A stretch of DNA of 63,917 nucleotides, filler included, from Neoconidiobolus thromboides FSU 785 (GCA_025603075.1; 11 parts of 11 records of this genome joined end to end with filler, not necessarily neighbours in it), one strand, 5' to 3'; positions 25,402 to 38,483 are shown, counted from the whole stretch's first letter. Notes: generated by a model from the sequence alone, not told the origin. Numbers and translations: made by a program.

Positions 25402-26007
25402 TTTAAAGTAGCTAGTCAATAACTATCATTTCGGCTTATATACTTTGAACTTTATTTTTTAATTAATTTCGGTAAATCTCAGATTAACACTGACTTGATT
25501 ATCCTTATGAATAATTTTTTAAAATAAGCTATTGAAATTATAATATTAAAAAATAGTTTATTGATTACTACTTTTTCATGATTTAATAAAATAAATTTTG
25601 GCATGTATTAATTTATTATATAGTATTAAAAAAATGTTTTCAAAGATAAGATTTAATATTACTTTCTTTAATTGTACTATCATATTTCTTTTTTATTATA
25701 TTACAACTTTTAAACACACTTTTTTTGTTTATACAATTTGATGCATATTTTTCATTTTTTAGATAAAATTAATTGAATTTAGAGAAAATGCTTTAAAACA
25801 GATCTAATAGACCACGTATAGCTAGCTATAGTTCTTTTCAAAAGGACTTCTATGTATTTCTCATTGCACCAAAACTCCACTAAAATAGCATGATAGCTTT
25901 TGTAGTTGACCTATAAAAAATTAGTATCTTTATCTTTAAACAAACCTATAATAATATGAAATAACATCTCATACTTTTTACTCTATATCATTTATCTTTT
26001 AAAATCT

Positions 26008-26105
26008 GGGGAATGTTTTTTTTGATTTCATTATTTTTTCCATTTTTTAAGCGCTATTTGAGTGAAAAGATTGCTAGTAAGATCCTTAAACAAAAGAATA
26101 CATAT
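26008..26105. mobile_element. MITE copy
   Basis: GGGGAATG...; right end slightly degenerate. Confidence 0.85.
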
Positions 26106-26321
26106 TAGCTATTGTTTCAGTAAACTAAAGTTCAGGATTTCAAAAAATAAAACTGGGTAAGATAAAAATTGGAGCTTTGCCCAATTTTTCGTCATCTTAT
26201 CATTAATTTATATTTTCGAAATGAGCCAATAAAACCAATCAATCTACTGATTAAGATAACAGATAATCCAACACAAATAGAATGTTAATTAGTATATTCT
26301 ATTATCAATTTAAAAAAACAA

Positions 26322-27684
26322 ATGAATTCTACTAAGATTTTACCAATAGCAACCTTAGAAGGTATTTTGTAAGTTACCGTCAATAGCACTTAAAACTTAT
26401 GTCAATTTATTAGGACATCTGGATCGTGTTTGGTGTGTCACATGGAATCCAAGACATAATAATCAGTTAGTATCATGTAGTGGCGATAAAACAGTTAGAA
26501 TTTGGAAACAAAATATGGCTGGTAATTGGATATGTAGTAATGTACTTGATGGCGGTCATAGTAGAACAATAAGAAGTGTAGCTGTATCACCAGTTAAAGA
26601 TGAGATGGCTTCTGCTGGGTTTGACTCGATGACATTGGTTTGGGAAAAAGAATACAATGAACGTAATGAATAACTTTTATTTATTATAAAGAGGTTTAAC
26701 CTTAATTATTTTTCTAAAATAGAATATGGATGTATTGTTACTTTAGAAGGTCATGAAAATGAAGTCAAAGGAGTAGCTTATTCAAGGAATGGTAAATTAT
26801 TAGCTACTTGTTCTAGAGATAAAAGTATTTGGATTTGGGAAGGTAAGAATAAATTGGAAGTGATTGATTTTTTTCAATTAATCAATTAATAATGAACTAT
26901 AGTTGGACCAGATGGTGATTTTGAGTGTTTAGGAGTATTACAAGAACATACTCAGGATGTCAAAATGATTGTTTGGCATCCACAGATCGATGTAAGATTT
27001 TATCAGATTTAAAATAGAGATAGTTATTAACAGAAGAAATAGTTATTAGCTTCAGCTAGCTATGATGATACTATTAAAATATGTAGAGAAGATGATGATG
27101 ATTGGACATGTGTAGCTACTTTAGAAGGTCACGAGTCAACAGTTTGGGCTATTGATTTTAATCAGCATGGTTCTCATTTAGGTAGGCTTAATAAGTAGAT
27201 TGAATTAAGTTGTTGACAAGTATTTTAGTTTCTGTTAGTGAAGATAAAAGTGTTAGAATATGGCATAGAGTACAAGGTAATTAATATTTTATTGTTAAAA
27301 AGTAGATATTTAATTTATAAATAGTAAGCTCAAGAAGAGAGAGATGGGAATGTGTACAAGTAATTGAAAATGCAGCTGAAAGAAGTATTTATACAGTTTC
27401 ATGGGCTAAAAATGAAGAGTTTGGTAAAATATTGATTGGTAGTGGAGATAATAGTATCAGATTGTTTGAGAACCAAAATGAAGTAAGGATTTTGATATAT
27501 TTATCAGGTAGTTACTGATCTTTTTTATTAGAATGGTCAAGTCAATTATATAATGACTTCCCATATTGAATCAGCACATGGTATTTCGGACATCAATTCA
27601 GTAGCGTGGAATTTGCATGATTCTAATTATTTTGCTTCGGCTGGAGATGATAATTTAGTTAAGATATGGGAGGTCAAAACATAG
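26322..27684 (+). CDS. CIA1: Cytosolic Fe-S assembly WD40 protein, multi-exon
   Basis: [91 protein letters not shown]. Confidence 0.93.
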
Positions 27685-28283
27685 CTATTTAACATAAATT
27701 AGCCCAATAGAAAATTAAAAGTAAGTTTAAGTGATTGAATAGTTGTAATTTTATTTATCAGTATGTTTTTAGTGTCTATTTATTACTTTGAATTAAGATT
27801 TAAAGCTTGATTTTAAATACTGAATTTGAAATTAGTATTATCTTGTTTAAGCTGATAAAAAGAAGTAAATAGTAATAAAGTATTAGTTAAATTATATTTT
27901 TATACTACTGTTTACAGCTGCTAACTATTTATATTCATAACAAATTCACTCTCCTTTCGTCGGTAATATTAATGTTATTAATTTAAAATCAAACCAAATC
28001 GTTGAAACATTAATACGGAGCTATTTTTTAAGTCTATATTTGTATTGTAAATTTACTATTATTCTGCTTCATATTATATTATAAAAACTACCATTAATTA
28101 CTATTTCTATAAAAAATATTTAAAAGTAATACATAATGGTATCATTTAATTTTTTATACGTATTAAATTGTTTTTACTATTTTTCTAAATCAAGTAATTT
28201 TAATCCATTTAAATCACGTTTTTGGATCAAATCATTACAAAATTAAAAGTGATAAAGTTTACTTTCATTTTTTAAATTAAAGA

Positions 28284-30638
28284 ATGGATGATTATAATAT
28301 AAGTAAAATATACATAAAGAGCGAAGAAAACCTCGATTATAACCCACTGTCAACAAAGTAAATTATTTTGGACTTTACTAAAACTATAAGTTAAAAAATT
28401 AGTGATTTTTATAATGAGTCTAATGTGAACTCTGCCTTGAAGCACTTAAACTATGAATTGAACAATATTGGTATATCATCAATAACTTTACCTGCTGAAG
28501 ACAAACAGACACAATCGATAATTACTGCCTTTTTTTCATTGTTGGATAAAGCACAAGTAACATAATTTTATTTTCAAATATAATGCTAAATTAAAAGTAG
28601 AAAAATAGTAGGTTTAATCAAGACTTTCAAATAAGGTATCGAAATATCGAATCAGATTATGATAGTGCAGTGGCTTATTCAGTAATTTTTTATATTAAAA
28701 TTAGGTGGTGGATGCTAATAGTCAACTTTAGGAGCGATTGAAAGCAAAGATTGAAAGTAAAGATAGGGAGATCCATGATTTGACAGTTGAAAAGAGGTAA
28801 ATTGACTAGTTATATGGTTGAATTAAGGCTTAATTCTTTTAGCTCTATGACCAAAGAAGTTAAACAAAAACAAATAAAACATAAACAGATAACAGAAGAA
28901 ATTAGACAACTTAAAGTGAATCATTTACATGCATTAAACCAGTTTGCTGTAAGTTTCATTTTTTTATATTAAATAATAATTTAACTTAATGAGTTTGTTA
29001 GCATGATTTAAGAAAGAAAGAAGTGGACACTACAAGATTAAAAGAAAAGGTACAAAAGATAATTAATGATAAATATAAGGTGAATAAAGTGGATTTAAGT
29101 ATAATGAATCCAGGGTTACTTTCAAATATTACACACCCTAGCTCTGAGGTAATAATATCGTGAGTATCATCCTTATAACTTATCATTTTAGGAAGAAGAT
29201 TATTATACTGAGTTAGTTAAAAATTATAGTATAAGAGAGGAAACACTTGTCAATGAGAACCTAAAACTAATCGATATAATTAAAGAATTTTTTAATGGAC
29301 TTAAAGAGATCATTAAGAAACAAGAAGCTAATAATGCCACAGTATATCCCAGCTTAGATAATTATAATCTTGGCATTGAAGGAGACAAAACGAAGATTGA
29401 AAATAGTATCAAAAAAATATTGGATTTATTAAGTGAAATTTGGAAAAATTTACAGGAAAAATCAAAGCCTAGTGCTAAAAGTGAAATGTTTGATATGACC
29501 ACACAGACGACGGAGAGTGAAGTTAAGATTCAAGGTTCTTCAAAAGAAGATTTGGAAAAGATCCAAGCACTGACTAAAGAGTTACGCTTTCAAGCGGAAG
29601 AGTCAACAAAGTTAAAAGCTAAAATTAGTAAGTTTATTCTATTGTTTTAAATTGGTTAAAGTTAATATCATTTTAAGCTGAGTATAGACAAACTATTTCC
29701 AGTTTACAAGAGCTTTTAGATAAAACTATTTTTGATAACCAACTTCGTCAAATCGAACTTTCAACGTATTTTTATCTTTGTTTTTCATCTATGAATAATA
29801 ACAATTTTTCAATAGACCTGATATTACTGCTCCGGAAATTGAAGAAGCACAAAAAAAGATTGATGATCAACGACAAGAATTAGAACAAAATCGTAAAAAA
29901 CTTACAGAAGCAGCAGTAGCATTGGGATATGATCGTAGCCAATTTCTTAAAGAAAAGCAACAATTTGAGGAAGAAAAGAAACAATTTGATATTGAAAAAG
30001 CAATAAATTCGATCCCTGAAGCCCCACAGTAAGAGTTTTTATATTCTTTTTCAAAATTTTTAATCTATATTATTAGATGGATTAAAGATCTTGATATTGC
30101 AAAGGTACAAAGTGACTCTGGAGTTGATCTTAATGAATTGAATTATTCTGATTTATTGAAAGCTGGCTCTGAAATTACATCACCAAAATCGGAAACTTCT
30201 GTCACTTCTGCTGCTTCTGCACCAGGGCCTTCATCTCGCCCTTTAAGAGGCCATTTAAAATCGGCTAGTATTAATCTGAAGTCCAAAGGACTTGAAAAAG
30301 GCGTCTCTGAACCTAAACCTAAAAGAACCCCATCTCAGTCGGTTGATTTAACTAAGCCTATATCTACACGACCAAGACCAAGTGGTATGGCTTCACTGAT
30401 GAGACCAACTGCTTCTCAAATTCTAAAAGCACAAGCAGCTCAGGCTAAACAAGATGAGTTGTTGATTAAATCAGGTAATAAAATCCCCATACGTGAACAT
30501 GTACGTCGTCATGCTATGTCGCCTACCCCGTGTACTAAACCAAATTGTTTAGTGCATAAAAAGATTAAAGAACAGCAAGAAGAGCGTGAACGTAAGCTTA
30601 AGACTAGGGCTAATGGAAGCCAGAATGGGAACCAGTAA
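28284..30638 (+). CDS. Coiled-coil protein, afadin/alpha-actinin-binding (SSX2IP/Msd1-like), multi-exon
   Basis: ATG at 28284. SALKHLNYELNNIG...ITAFFSLL is followed by long heptad-rich exons and a Ser/Pro/Lys-rich tail (ORF 30138-30638). Family assignment is by recalled resemblance only. Confidence 0.65.
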
Positions 30639-31074
30639 TAACATTTTAGTTAATTATGTATAAACTCTACTTGTTTGTTTGTGAATAAATTGATATCGAA
30701 AGTAAAAGCTATTAATAAGATCAAAAGTATAGTGTGGCTTTAACAATGCTTGTATTCTATTTTTACTTTTTTAGTATAACTGTTTTAAGTAAATTAGTAA
30801 AAATGTAGAGCTTTCATGATTTTAATAGTTTAGTTTCATTTAAATTAGGCATTGGTTTCCTATTGATTTACTGTTATATCGACGGAATTTATCACATTTA
30901 ACTTTAAACATAATGTTAATTTATACCAAATTATGTTGAGTTGCTAAAAGAGATTAAGATCAAACAGATCCATATAAAATATCTAAAATGGAAACCATAT
31001 AGTAAGCTTTAAACATAAAAATACTCTTTACAAGCTTAATCTGCTTATAGATTATGAAATTTTTAATTCTAATA

Positions 31075-31395
31075 TTAAACACCATATCTTTCTTCATAAG
31101 CCTTCTTAATATAATAAACACCAGCTAAGAGAGCGGTGGATCCTAAAGCAATAGGTACCGGCTTCCTTAATCGGATGGCACGTGGAGCTTGAGCGGCTGC
31201 TAAGAGTAAAGAGGTGACTGCAGTGCTTTCATAGCAATAGTCACGCTGATCTTTAATTAATTTACCATTAACACCATATAACAAAGAAAAACCTAAACCA
31301 GCAACAGCAGATGGGATAGAGCCAGTTCTAGCATAACCCACCATACCGCCTACGGCGCATAATCCAGACATTGTGAATGCAATGTGGTCACTCAT
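31075..31395 (-). CDS. TMEM14-family small membrane protein (106 aa)
   Basis: MSDHIAFTMSGLCAVGGMVGYARTGSIPSAVAG, a typical TMEM14 N-terminus. The upstream ORF extension is probably untranslated. Confidence 0.9.
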   Translation of the reverse strand: MSDHIAFTMSGLCAVGGMVGYARTGSIPSAVAGLGFSLLYGVNGKLIKDQRDYCYESTAVTSLLLAAAQAPRAIRLRKPVPIALGSTALLAGVYYIKKAYEERYGV

Positions 31396-31606
31396 TTTTT
31401 TCAAAGTTTTGAAAAGTGAAATTGAAATTTTGGGGCTTTGGATTGCGTGTTTATATTTCAAGTCGGATTTTTTGAGAATATTATTTTTTATATTTTTCAT
31501 AATTTCAAAATGGTATTTTTAATTTTAATTTTATCCTTTTAGCTAATAATTGAAGGAAGAGCAACAAAGATTAAATATAGGAGATAATACTTCATACATA
31601 AATTTG

Positions 31607-31948
31607 ATGGGTTCAAGCTATAAGATAGTGGACTCAAAAAATAATAAAATTGAACAAGATCCTGGACTATATTCGATATCGGATGTAGATTCTACATGTA
31701 GTGGTGAATTATATCAAGATGAATATGATGACCCTATCTATGACTGGGAAGAAAATGTACACAATTTGAAATTAATTTTAGGTTTGCAGATAGTACCACT
31801 TATTTCAAGACTTGTGGGTCGTAATATAGCACTATGGAGTAAATCAATAAATATTAGTTAGAATCATTCATTTACTTATTTATTGTTAGTGTGGTCCAAG
31901 CTACGTGTTATTTATCAGTTCCCTTCTTTTAGGCAGGTTCGACAATAA
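31607..31948 (+). CDS. MIM2: Mim2-like mitochondrial import protein, 2 exons
   Basis: Acidic N-terminus then DWEENVHNLKLILGLQIVPLISRLVGRNIALW|MWSK, matching the Mim2 pattern WEESxxxL..xxVPxxGxxxGRxxAxW.W. Head-to-head with TMEM14, ~210 bp apart. Confidence 0.65.
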
Positions 31949-32382
31949 AGCTAAAGCTGCTTTAGAAAGATTTTATGACAAAGTAGCAGGGAATTCTTAA
32001 CTCATTGTGTTATAATTAGATTAGACTATTAAATGAATGTACTTATTTATATAACGATTTAACTTTAATGGTTATATAGCTTATTTAATTTAGTAGACAG
32101 ACTTATCTGTTCTTATTAAAACATACTAAGTCATTATCTAAATACAATATTCTTGTAAATTTAACATTTTAGATTACAAATTTGAGCTCTGTAATTTAAG
32201 TGTCACTTTTATGATGATCTAGTAAATAGGAAATAGTATTTAATATCAAATATTACAAGATATAAAAGGTATTGAAACTTATGATTTAAAATTTAGAATA
32301 TAAGTATATATAAAATGATACATTCGAAAAAAACCAACTGAGCTTTAACAACTAAAACTTTATTACTGAAATCCGTTTATGA

Positions 32383-33097
32383 TCATTGTATATGATAGTC
32401 AGCAGGCAACTCATTGATGATATGGAATTTGCCCATAATTAAATGTGGAGTAATATGACAATGCATATACCAAGAACCAGGGTTGTTGGCTATGAATCGG
32501 ATTGCATACCAACCGCAAGAGACATATTCCTCTGGGTTGTCATTAATATTAATGTTAGATTTGACATTGGTAAAATTTTGATTCTCTGAATATCCGACCT
32601 GTAAATTTAGCTTTCCCAAAGGAGATCCTAGTGGAATTTTTTTATCAACGATATCAGGATAATGTGTAAAGGTATCCCTTAAAATTGGGATTTTATCATT
32701 GTATCTTAAATTATCATCGATTTCGTTTTGTTCTTCAATTGTAAAATCATTACTACCATGCCCAACGACATAATATGAATGACCATGTAAATGCCATGGA
32801 TGGATAATACAGTTTGTACTATTATTGCGCATAGCAAAGTGTTCAATAACTATCTGTACACTATCACCTTCCCTGATATCTACGATTCCTTGTGAATTTT
32901 CTTGATATGGTACATACGTTTTATCTACTACTTCAGTCCATAAAGTACTATTATCTTTTGATACCCTTTTTCCATCCATTGTAAAATAAATAGCTTTATT
33001 AACATCGCTTGCTTCAGCTACTTTGAAATAAAGTCTCTTGTTAACAGTTTTAGGCACATCATAAAAGTGTTTTAACTTTCTCCTTAAATACCACTTA
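32383..33097 (-). CDS. Multicopper oxidase, C-terminal part, entering from gap
   Basis: HPWHLHGH, LRDTF, WYAIRFIANNPGSWYMHCHITPH; stop at 32383. Confidence 0.9.
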
Positions 33098-33197
33098 NNN
33101 NNNNNNNNNNNNNNNNNNNNNNNNNNNNNNNNNNNNNNNNNTTAATTAATTAANNNNNNNNNNNNNNNNNNNNNNNNNNNNNNNNNNNNNNNNNNNN

Positions 33198-33593
33198 CCG
33201 AGATTAGGATTATATGCTGCTATTACTAGATTAGATAAGAATGGGAATTCAGTAATAATATAAAGCTATCTATCTACTATCACTGATATATTTATTTAGC
33301 CATTAGGATCTGATGGTTGGTACAAAAATGAAGCTGTATCTCCATATCAGGCCCTAAAAGGATTTACAATTGATGCTGCTTTTTCAGCATTTAAAGAGAA
33401 TGAAGTAAAACTAAACAATTTCAAACAATAGTAATTTTAACCGGCTTTTATTTAGATTGGATCTATTGAGATAGGAAAATTAGCAGATTTTATTATAGTT
33501 AAGAAATCATGGTTGGATATTCCAGCTAAAGAGCTATTACATGATGATTCAAGAGTACGTGCTACCTTTCTAAGTGGGAAGCGTGTTTTCTAA
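33198..33593 (+). CDS. Amidohydrolase-3 (YtcJ-like) C-terminal exons, gap-truncated
   Basis: GLYAAITRLDKNGNS|PLGSDGWYKNEAVSPYQALKGFTIDAAFSAFKENE|IGSIEIGKLADFII. Confidence 0.85.
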
Positions 33594-33747
33594 ATAGAAA
33601 ACTTTACCCTTTAGCTTCAATTTGATGATGTTTTTTATTAAACGATTTGTTATTGTTATTTTTGAATTTTACGTTGAATAACAAACATGGCTGAAAGTAA
33701 AATGAAATTCACATTATTATAGTACTATTTTAGTCGTTTCTTTATAT

Positions 33748-33845
33748 GGGAATGTATTTTTGTGTTTAAGAATTTTACTAGTAATTTTTCCACTCAAATA
33801 GTGCTTAAAAGATGGAAAAAATAATGAAGCCAAAAAAACATCCCT
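33748..33845. mobile_element. MITE copy
   Basis: GGGAATGT...ACATCCCT, ATAT/ATAT TSD. Confidence 0.9.
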
Positions 33846-34149
33846 ATATTATGGTTATTTTGAATAGTATTTGATAACCTTTGAGAAATGTCTTTTTTTA
33901 TGCTATAAACTAGTTTATCAACATAAATGACTTAATATCAAAATTATATATTCAATAACATTTGTATTAATTTTTATATCAAAAAACTTATTTCAACTCA
34001 ATAGTAACTAATCTTTTTAAGAAGATTATTTTTAAAGGAATATATCTTTTAACTTCGACATATAAGGATAGGATGATAATGATTTAAATTAAAACCAAAT
34101 AATATTCATTAAGTTTTTATAGAACTTTATAAATCCTTCTATTAGTAAT

Positions 34150-37100
34150 GAGTCAGTAACTATGAGTATTTTGGTATTGATAAAAGATAGTAATTGACCT
34201 ATGTTAAATAGGGTTTTTCAGTGATGCTTATCAATCATATAAAGCAAAAATAAATCTAGCTTTTGCGATACTACAATACTGAATGCTATTTTAATGCCTT
34301 CTGAGGATTAAACAGTTATAATTGACTATTTAAGCTTAGGAATTCTGTCCTTTCTTCCTTGAAGCCCATTCATTATGTGGTACTCTTTATATATAATCTA
34401 AGCCATATATGTTGCACCTTTATAGTTTCTTCAATTAAAAAACTGCTTATTCTATTAAATTCTACTACATTAGATTAATTTCTTATAGTGAGATTTCCAT
34501 TTATTCATCAACCTTTACAAGATGAAAGTTAAAGCACAATATTCTGACTCATTGATTGCCAGGATTTTTCGGTCATTCTTAGTATAAACAAAAGTTAACA
34601 TTAATATTCATTTTAATAAACACTTAATAGCATTTGGTGTATTTGATTTCATCATTCTTTTATATCCCAATATTGTTGGATTCTTAAATATTACTCCAAC
34701 TATCTTTTCCATACTTATTTTTCTTGACTCTCAGCCTCTTTTAATTTTATTTTAGTTCGATGAATCAATTATATTGCGTTATCACATCCAATGGATAGTA
34801 GTTCAGCTAGTTCCTTTATAGACTTTCCTTGCTCACTCACCAATGTAAACAAACCTTTTTTAGCCTCATCAGTTATTCGGTTCGATTCTTTTTAGAAATT
34901 TTCTTCAATTCGTTAACTTCTTTAATATATTTCATCGCCATCTTTAACACTTGCTTTTTTACATTTATAATCTTAGCTAGCTTATATCTTTCATTATCAA
35001 CAATATTTTTTACACTACTACAGCTAATAGATAAATGTTTTTCTGCTTTTCTTATATTCATTTTCCACTCAGTTACTAGCTTGATTGAATTTTTTGTAAT
35101 TTCTTTATCCCTTTTATTAACTCTTTGTAAGTTGAACAATTTTACTTCTTCTTTTTGCCTATTTATTTCATCTTCAGTTTGAGTCTTTAGTTTTCTTGCC
35201 TTTAGTTCTTTTCTTATTCTATCCTTTTCATGATTATTTATGCCCTGTAAGCTACCACAATTGACATAAAAAGGTTTTCCTGCTTACTTTATACTTGTTT
35301 CTTGTTCAGCTACTAGCTCGATCAGGTTTCTTTAGCCTTCTTGTATATTTTGTTTCTTTTTCCATAATTATTAAAAAGCTATATTTCTTCCTTTTTTGAG
35401 TACCAGTTTCATCTTTTATTTGAAGCTTTAGTTTTTTTGTATACACTACTTCTCTTGTTTTCTTTCTTATATAATAATGGCATATGCCTTATTACAGTTA
35501 ACAAATAAATGTCTAGTTGCTTTATATATTTTTTTCCTATTCACTAGCTTAATTAACTTTTTTATTCTTATTACTTTGTTCTTTCTTTGAAAGCTGCTGG
35601 AAAATTTTACCGCTTCTGTTAGTTGTCCATTTGCTCCAACTTGCATTTTCATTCTTATTTTTTCTGCATTTTCTTCTTCTGCCAGTTTCTTTTGCTTTTC
35701 ATAATCAATACTCATTATAATGTTATGCCTAAGAACCAATGGTTTTTTACTTTCTTTATAAAATTTCTTTAATCATCCACTATCTCAGTTAAACTATTAT
35801 AAGCTTTATTAACTATTATATTTTGACTTTCTAGGATTAGAATTTTCAAACTATGATCTTTTTATGAATTTGCTTGATTGCTCTTGTATACTCGTTTTGT
35901 TCATACTTATCATTTCTTTTAGTTTATTTGCTTGAATAATAATGTTCACTTCATTATCAAAGTCAATTGACAATATTTTGCTGCTTCTTATATAGATTTT
36001 ATTTGTTCACTTAATTGTTTGATTAAATTTATTTTAGCTTCATCACTTATCATATTACTAAAATGTGAGCCCAAATCATTCAGTATGTTATCTCCCTTAA
36101 CAGTTGTATTTTTTAGATCCACTGTCTTTTTTAATTCTCCTCCTCCCTGAATAGTAACATCATTCATATAATCATAGTCAATAGACACCAATTTTACTAC
36201 TTTTTTGTAAGTTTTTTTTGTTCATATGGGGATGTGTTTTTGTATTTAAGAATTTTACTAGCAATTTTTCCACTTAAATAACGCTTAAAAGATGGAAAAA
36301 TAATGAAATCAAAAAAAACATCCCCATATAATAGCATTAATAAATCACTTTTAGCTCCATTACCAATTTTATTTTAGATTTGGTATTTACATAACCTATA
36401 TCGCCATTATTTAGTTCGCCTTTTCATCTCATATCTGGAACTTTTTTAACCTTATTGTTCATTATGTTGTAATACTGAATAACAAAGCTATCTAATTTTC
36501 TACTTTCATATATAGTCATCGCGTCCTTCTGTTGTGAAATACCTTATATTTTATTTCTCACTTGAGTGATAACATACCTTGCGCTAATAAAGTTAATAGA
36601 TAATATTGTTACTGCTTCTTTTATAGATTTCCCATTCTTGTTTATTGGCTTAATAAGATCATTTTTGGTTTCACTACTGATTATAAAGCGAGATTTATTA
36701 ATTGGGCTCTCAAAATTAATGTCTCTTGTACATCAACTTCACCACTCCCTTGTATGTCTTCTTTATTTACATCTACTGTTTGTTCTAATATATTTTTGTC
36801 CCTAGAAATAATTGGTGCTGTGCTATTGTAGTTGATAGGTAGCTTTTCGCCTGCCTCAGTTGTTGATATCTTTTGATTATTTATGAACATAGCTATGTTT
36901 TTGATTTCATGTATTTTCTTTTTTGGAAGCTAGTGAAAACTTTAATCCTTCTCTTTGTTTGTCTATTTCATCTTGCATTTAAACCCTTATTTTTTTTACT
37001 CTTACTATGTTATTTAAATCTTTCCTTTCACAAGACAAAACTGTTTTTGCGCTACTATAGTTAACACAGCTTTTTTGCTACTTGTTTTAATCATATTCCT

Positions 37101-37310
37101 TATTCATTTAATGACTTGAACAAAGCCTTCTTAGCTTCATTGTTTATTCTACTAGATACCTTTATAGAATTGATTTCGGGGTACTGCAGTATAGTCTCGA
37201 CTTGTTGTCGTAAACTCAATATGTTTATTATTACTATTTTCTATAGTATAGCTTGGGGTGTTACTACCCTTTAAATTATCACTAGCTTGAGAATCTATTT
37301 CTTTTAACAT
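34150..37310 (-). pseudogene. Decayed long ORF with three HTH-like repeats, probably a transposase relic (IS630/Tc1-like)
   Basis: Stop- and frameshift-ridden. Repeats LIELVAEQETSIK*AGKPFYVN, IKLVTEWKMNIRKAEKHLSISCSSVKNIV and FTLVSEQGKSIKELAELLSIGCDNAI; downstream ILAINES resembles a DES catalytic motif. Contains a MITE insertion. Confidence 0.5.
36228..36325. mobile_element. MITE copy inside the decayed ORF
   Basis: GGGGATGT...ACATCCCC, ATAT/ATAT TSD. Confidence 0.92.
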
Positions 37311-38198
37311 TGGAACCTAAAACAAAATAACTGGATTTAAAGAATTAAAAGTTAACGTTTTGCTAATTAACAAAAAGGTTATTTAATTAATTTAGTTATA
37401 CTAATGTAAACTGTATAATTTAAAAAAACGGTAGCTGATGCTAATTTTGTTTTGTTACTTGATACCAAATTAACTATATCCAAGCTATCTTTTACAAAAT
37501 TTGTTGGTAATAAACCATTGTTTTGTTATTAACTTCAATAGGTTTAAAAATAATTCGAATAAAAACAAAAATAATTTAATTTGATGCTGTTTACAACTAT
37601 TACAACTCTTTTTCAACATTTTTAATTGTTTATTTAGGAAAAAAAGTTAGATTCGGCCAAAATATAAGAATTAAGCTTGAAAAAATGTTACATAAATAGA
37701 CTACTAATTATAAAAATTGCTACTGAAGAGGTCACAAAACAACTGCAACAGCTGTAAATATATCAGATCTTATTCAAATAGTCACTTACACTAAATTCCA
37801 AAAACTTATTAATTAGAATTATTTTTAAATAATTATTGAATCACCTCAGTCCCTAACTATAATTTTTGACAGTGGAACAAAATAAAAAGTGAGACACAAT
37901 TTCCAAAGAATATATCAAAAATTTTATAAATCTAAAATTCAAAATTTAAAAACTTATATAAAACCTTTGTTATATTAAATCTTATAACTATACACTGAAT
38001 ATTTAAAAAGCTAATTGAATTTAAAAAAATTATATTAAATTGCTTATCTAAAAATGTAAATATTGCTTTTTTGTATTATAAAACTTAGTTTTTGAGAAAA
38101 TTCATCAACTAGCTTATATCAGGCGTCAAGTTTAATCCCTCTCCGCACTTCTTTAATTTTATTTTATAACTAAAATATTCTTTTAAGTTTTATTAAAT

Positions 38199-38296
38199 GG
38201 GAATGTTTTTTTTGACTTCACTATTTTTTCCATTTTTAAGCGCTATTTAAGCAGAAAATTTGTTAGTAAAATCCTTAAACACAAAAATACATCCCC
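38199..38296. mobile_element. MITE copy
   Basis: AAAT/AAAT TSD. Confidence 0.92.
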
Positions 38297-38483
38297 AAAT
38301 GTTACTTTGAGTAATATTTTATAATAACTTGTAAAGTATCAGATATTGCTTTATTTATTTATAAAAATCACACAACTTATAAAAAAAATAATGCTATTTT
38401 TGTAATAATAGTATAATGTAGAAATAAAAGTCCTTCAATAATTTAGAAAAAGTTAAAAAAAAGTTAAAAATTTTTTTTTAAAT

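Noticed and set aside
11753-33097. Possible secondary-metabolite cluster (2OG oxygenase, GGPP synthase, multicopper oxidase; LYS2 as NRPS-like)
   Set aside because: There is no terpene cyclase, PKS or true NRPS, the genes are interspersed with unrelated housekeeping genes, and LYS2 has the standard primary-metabolism A-T-R layout.
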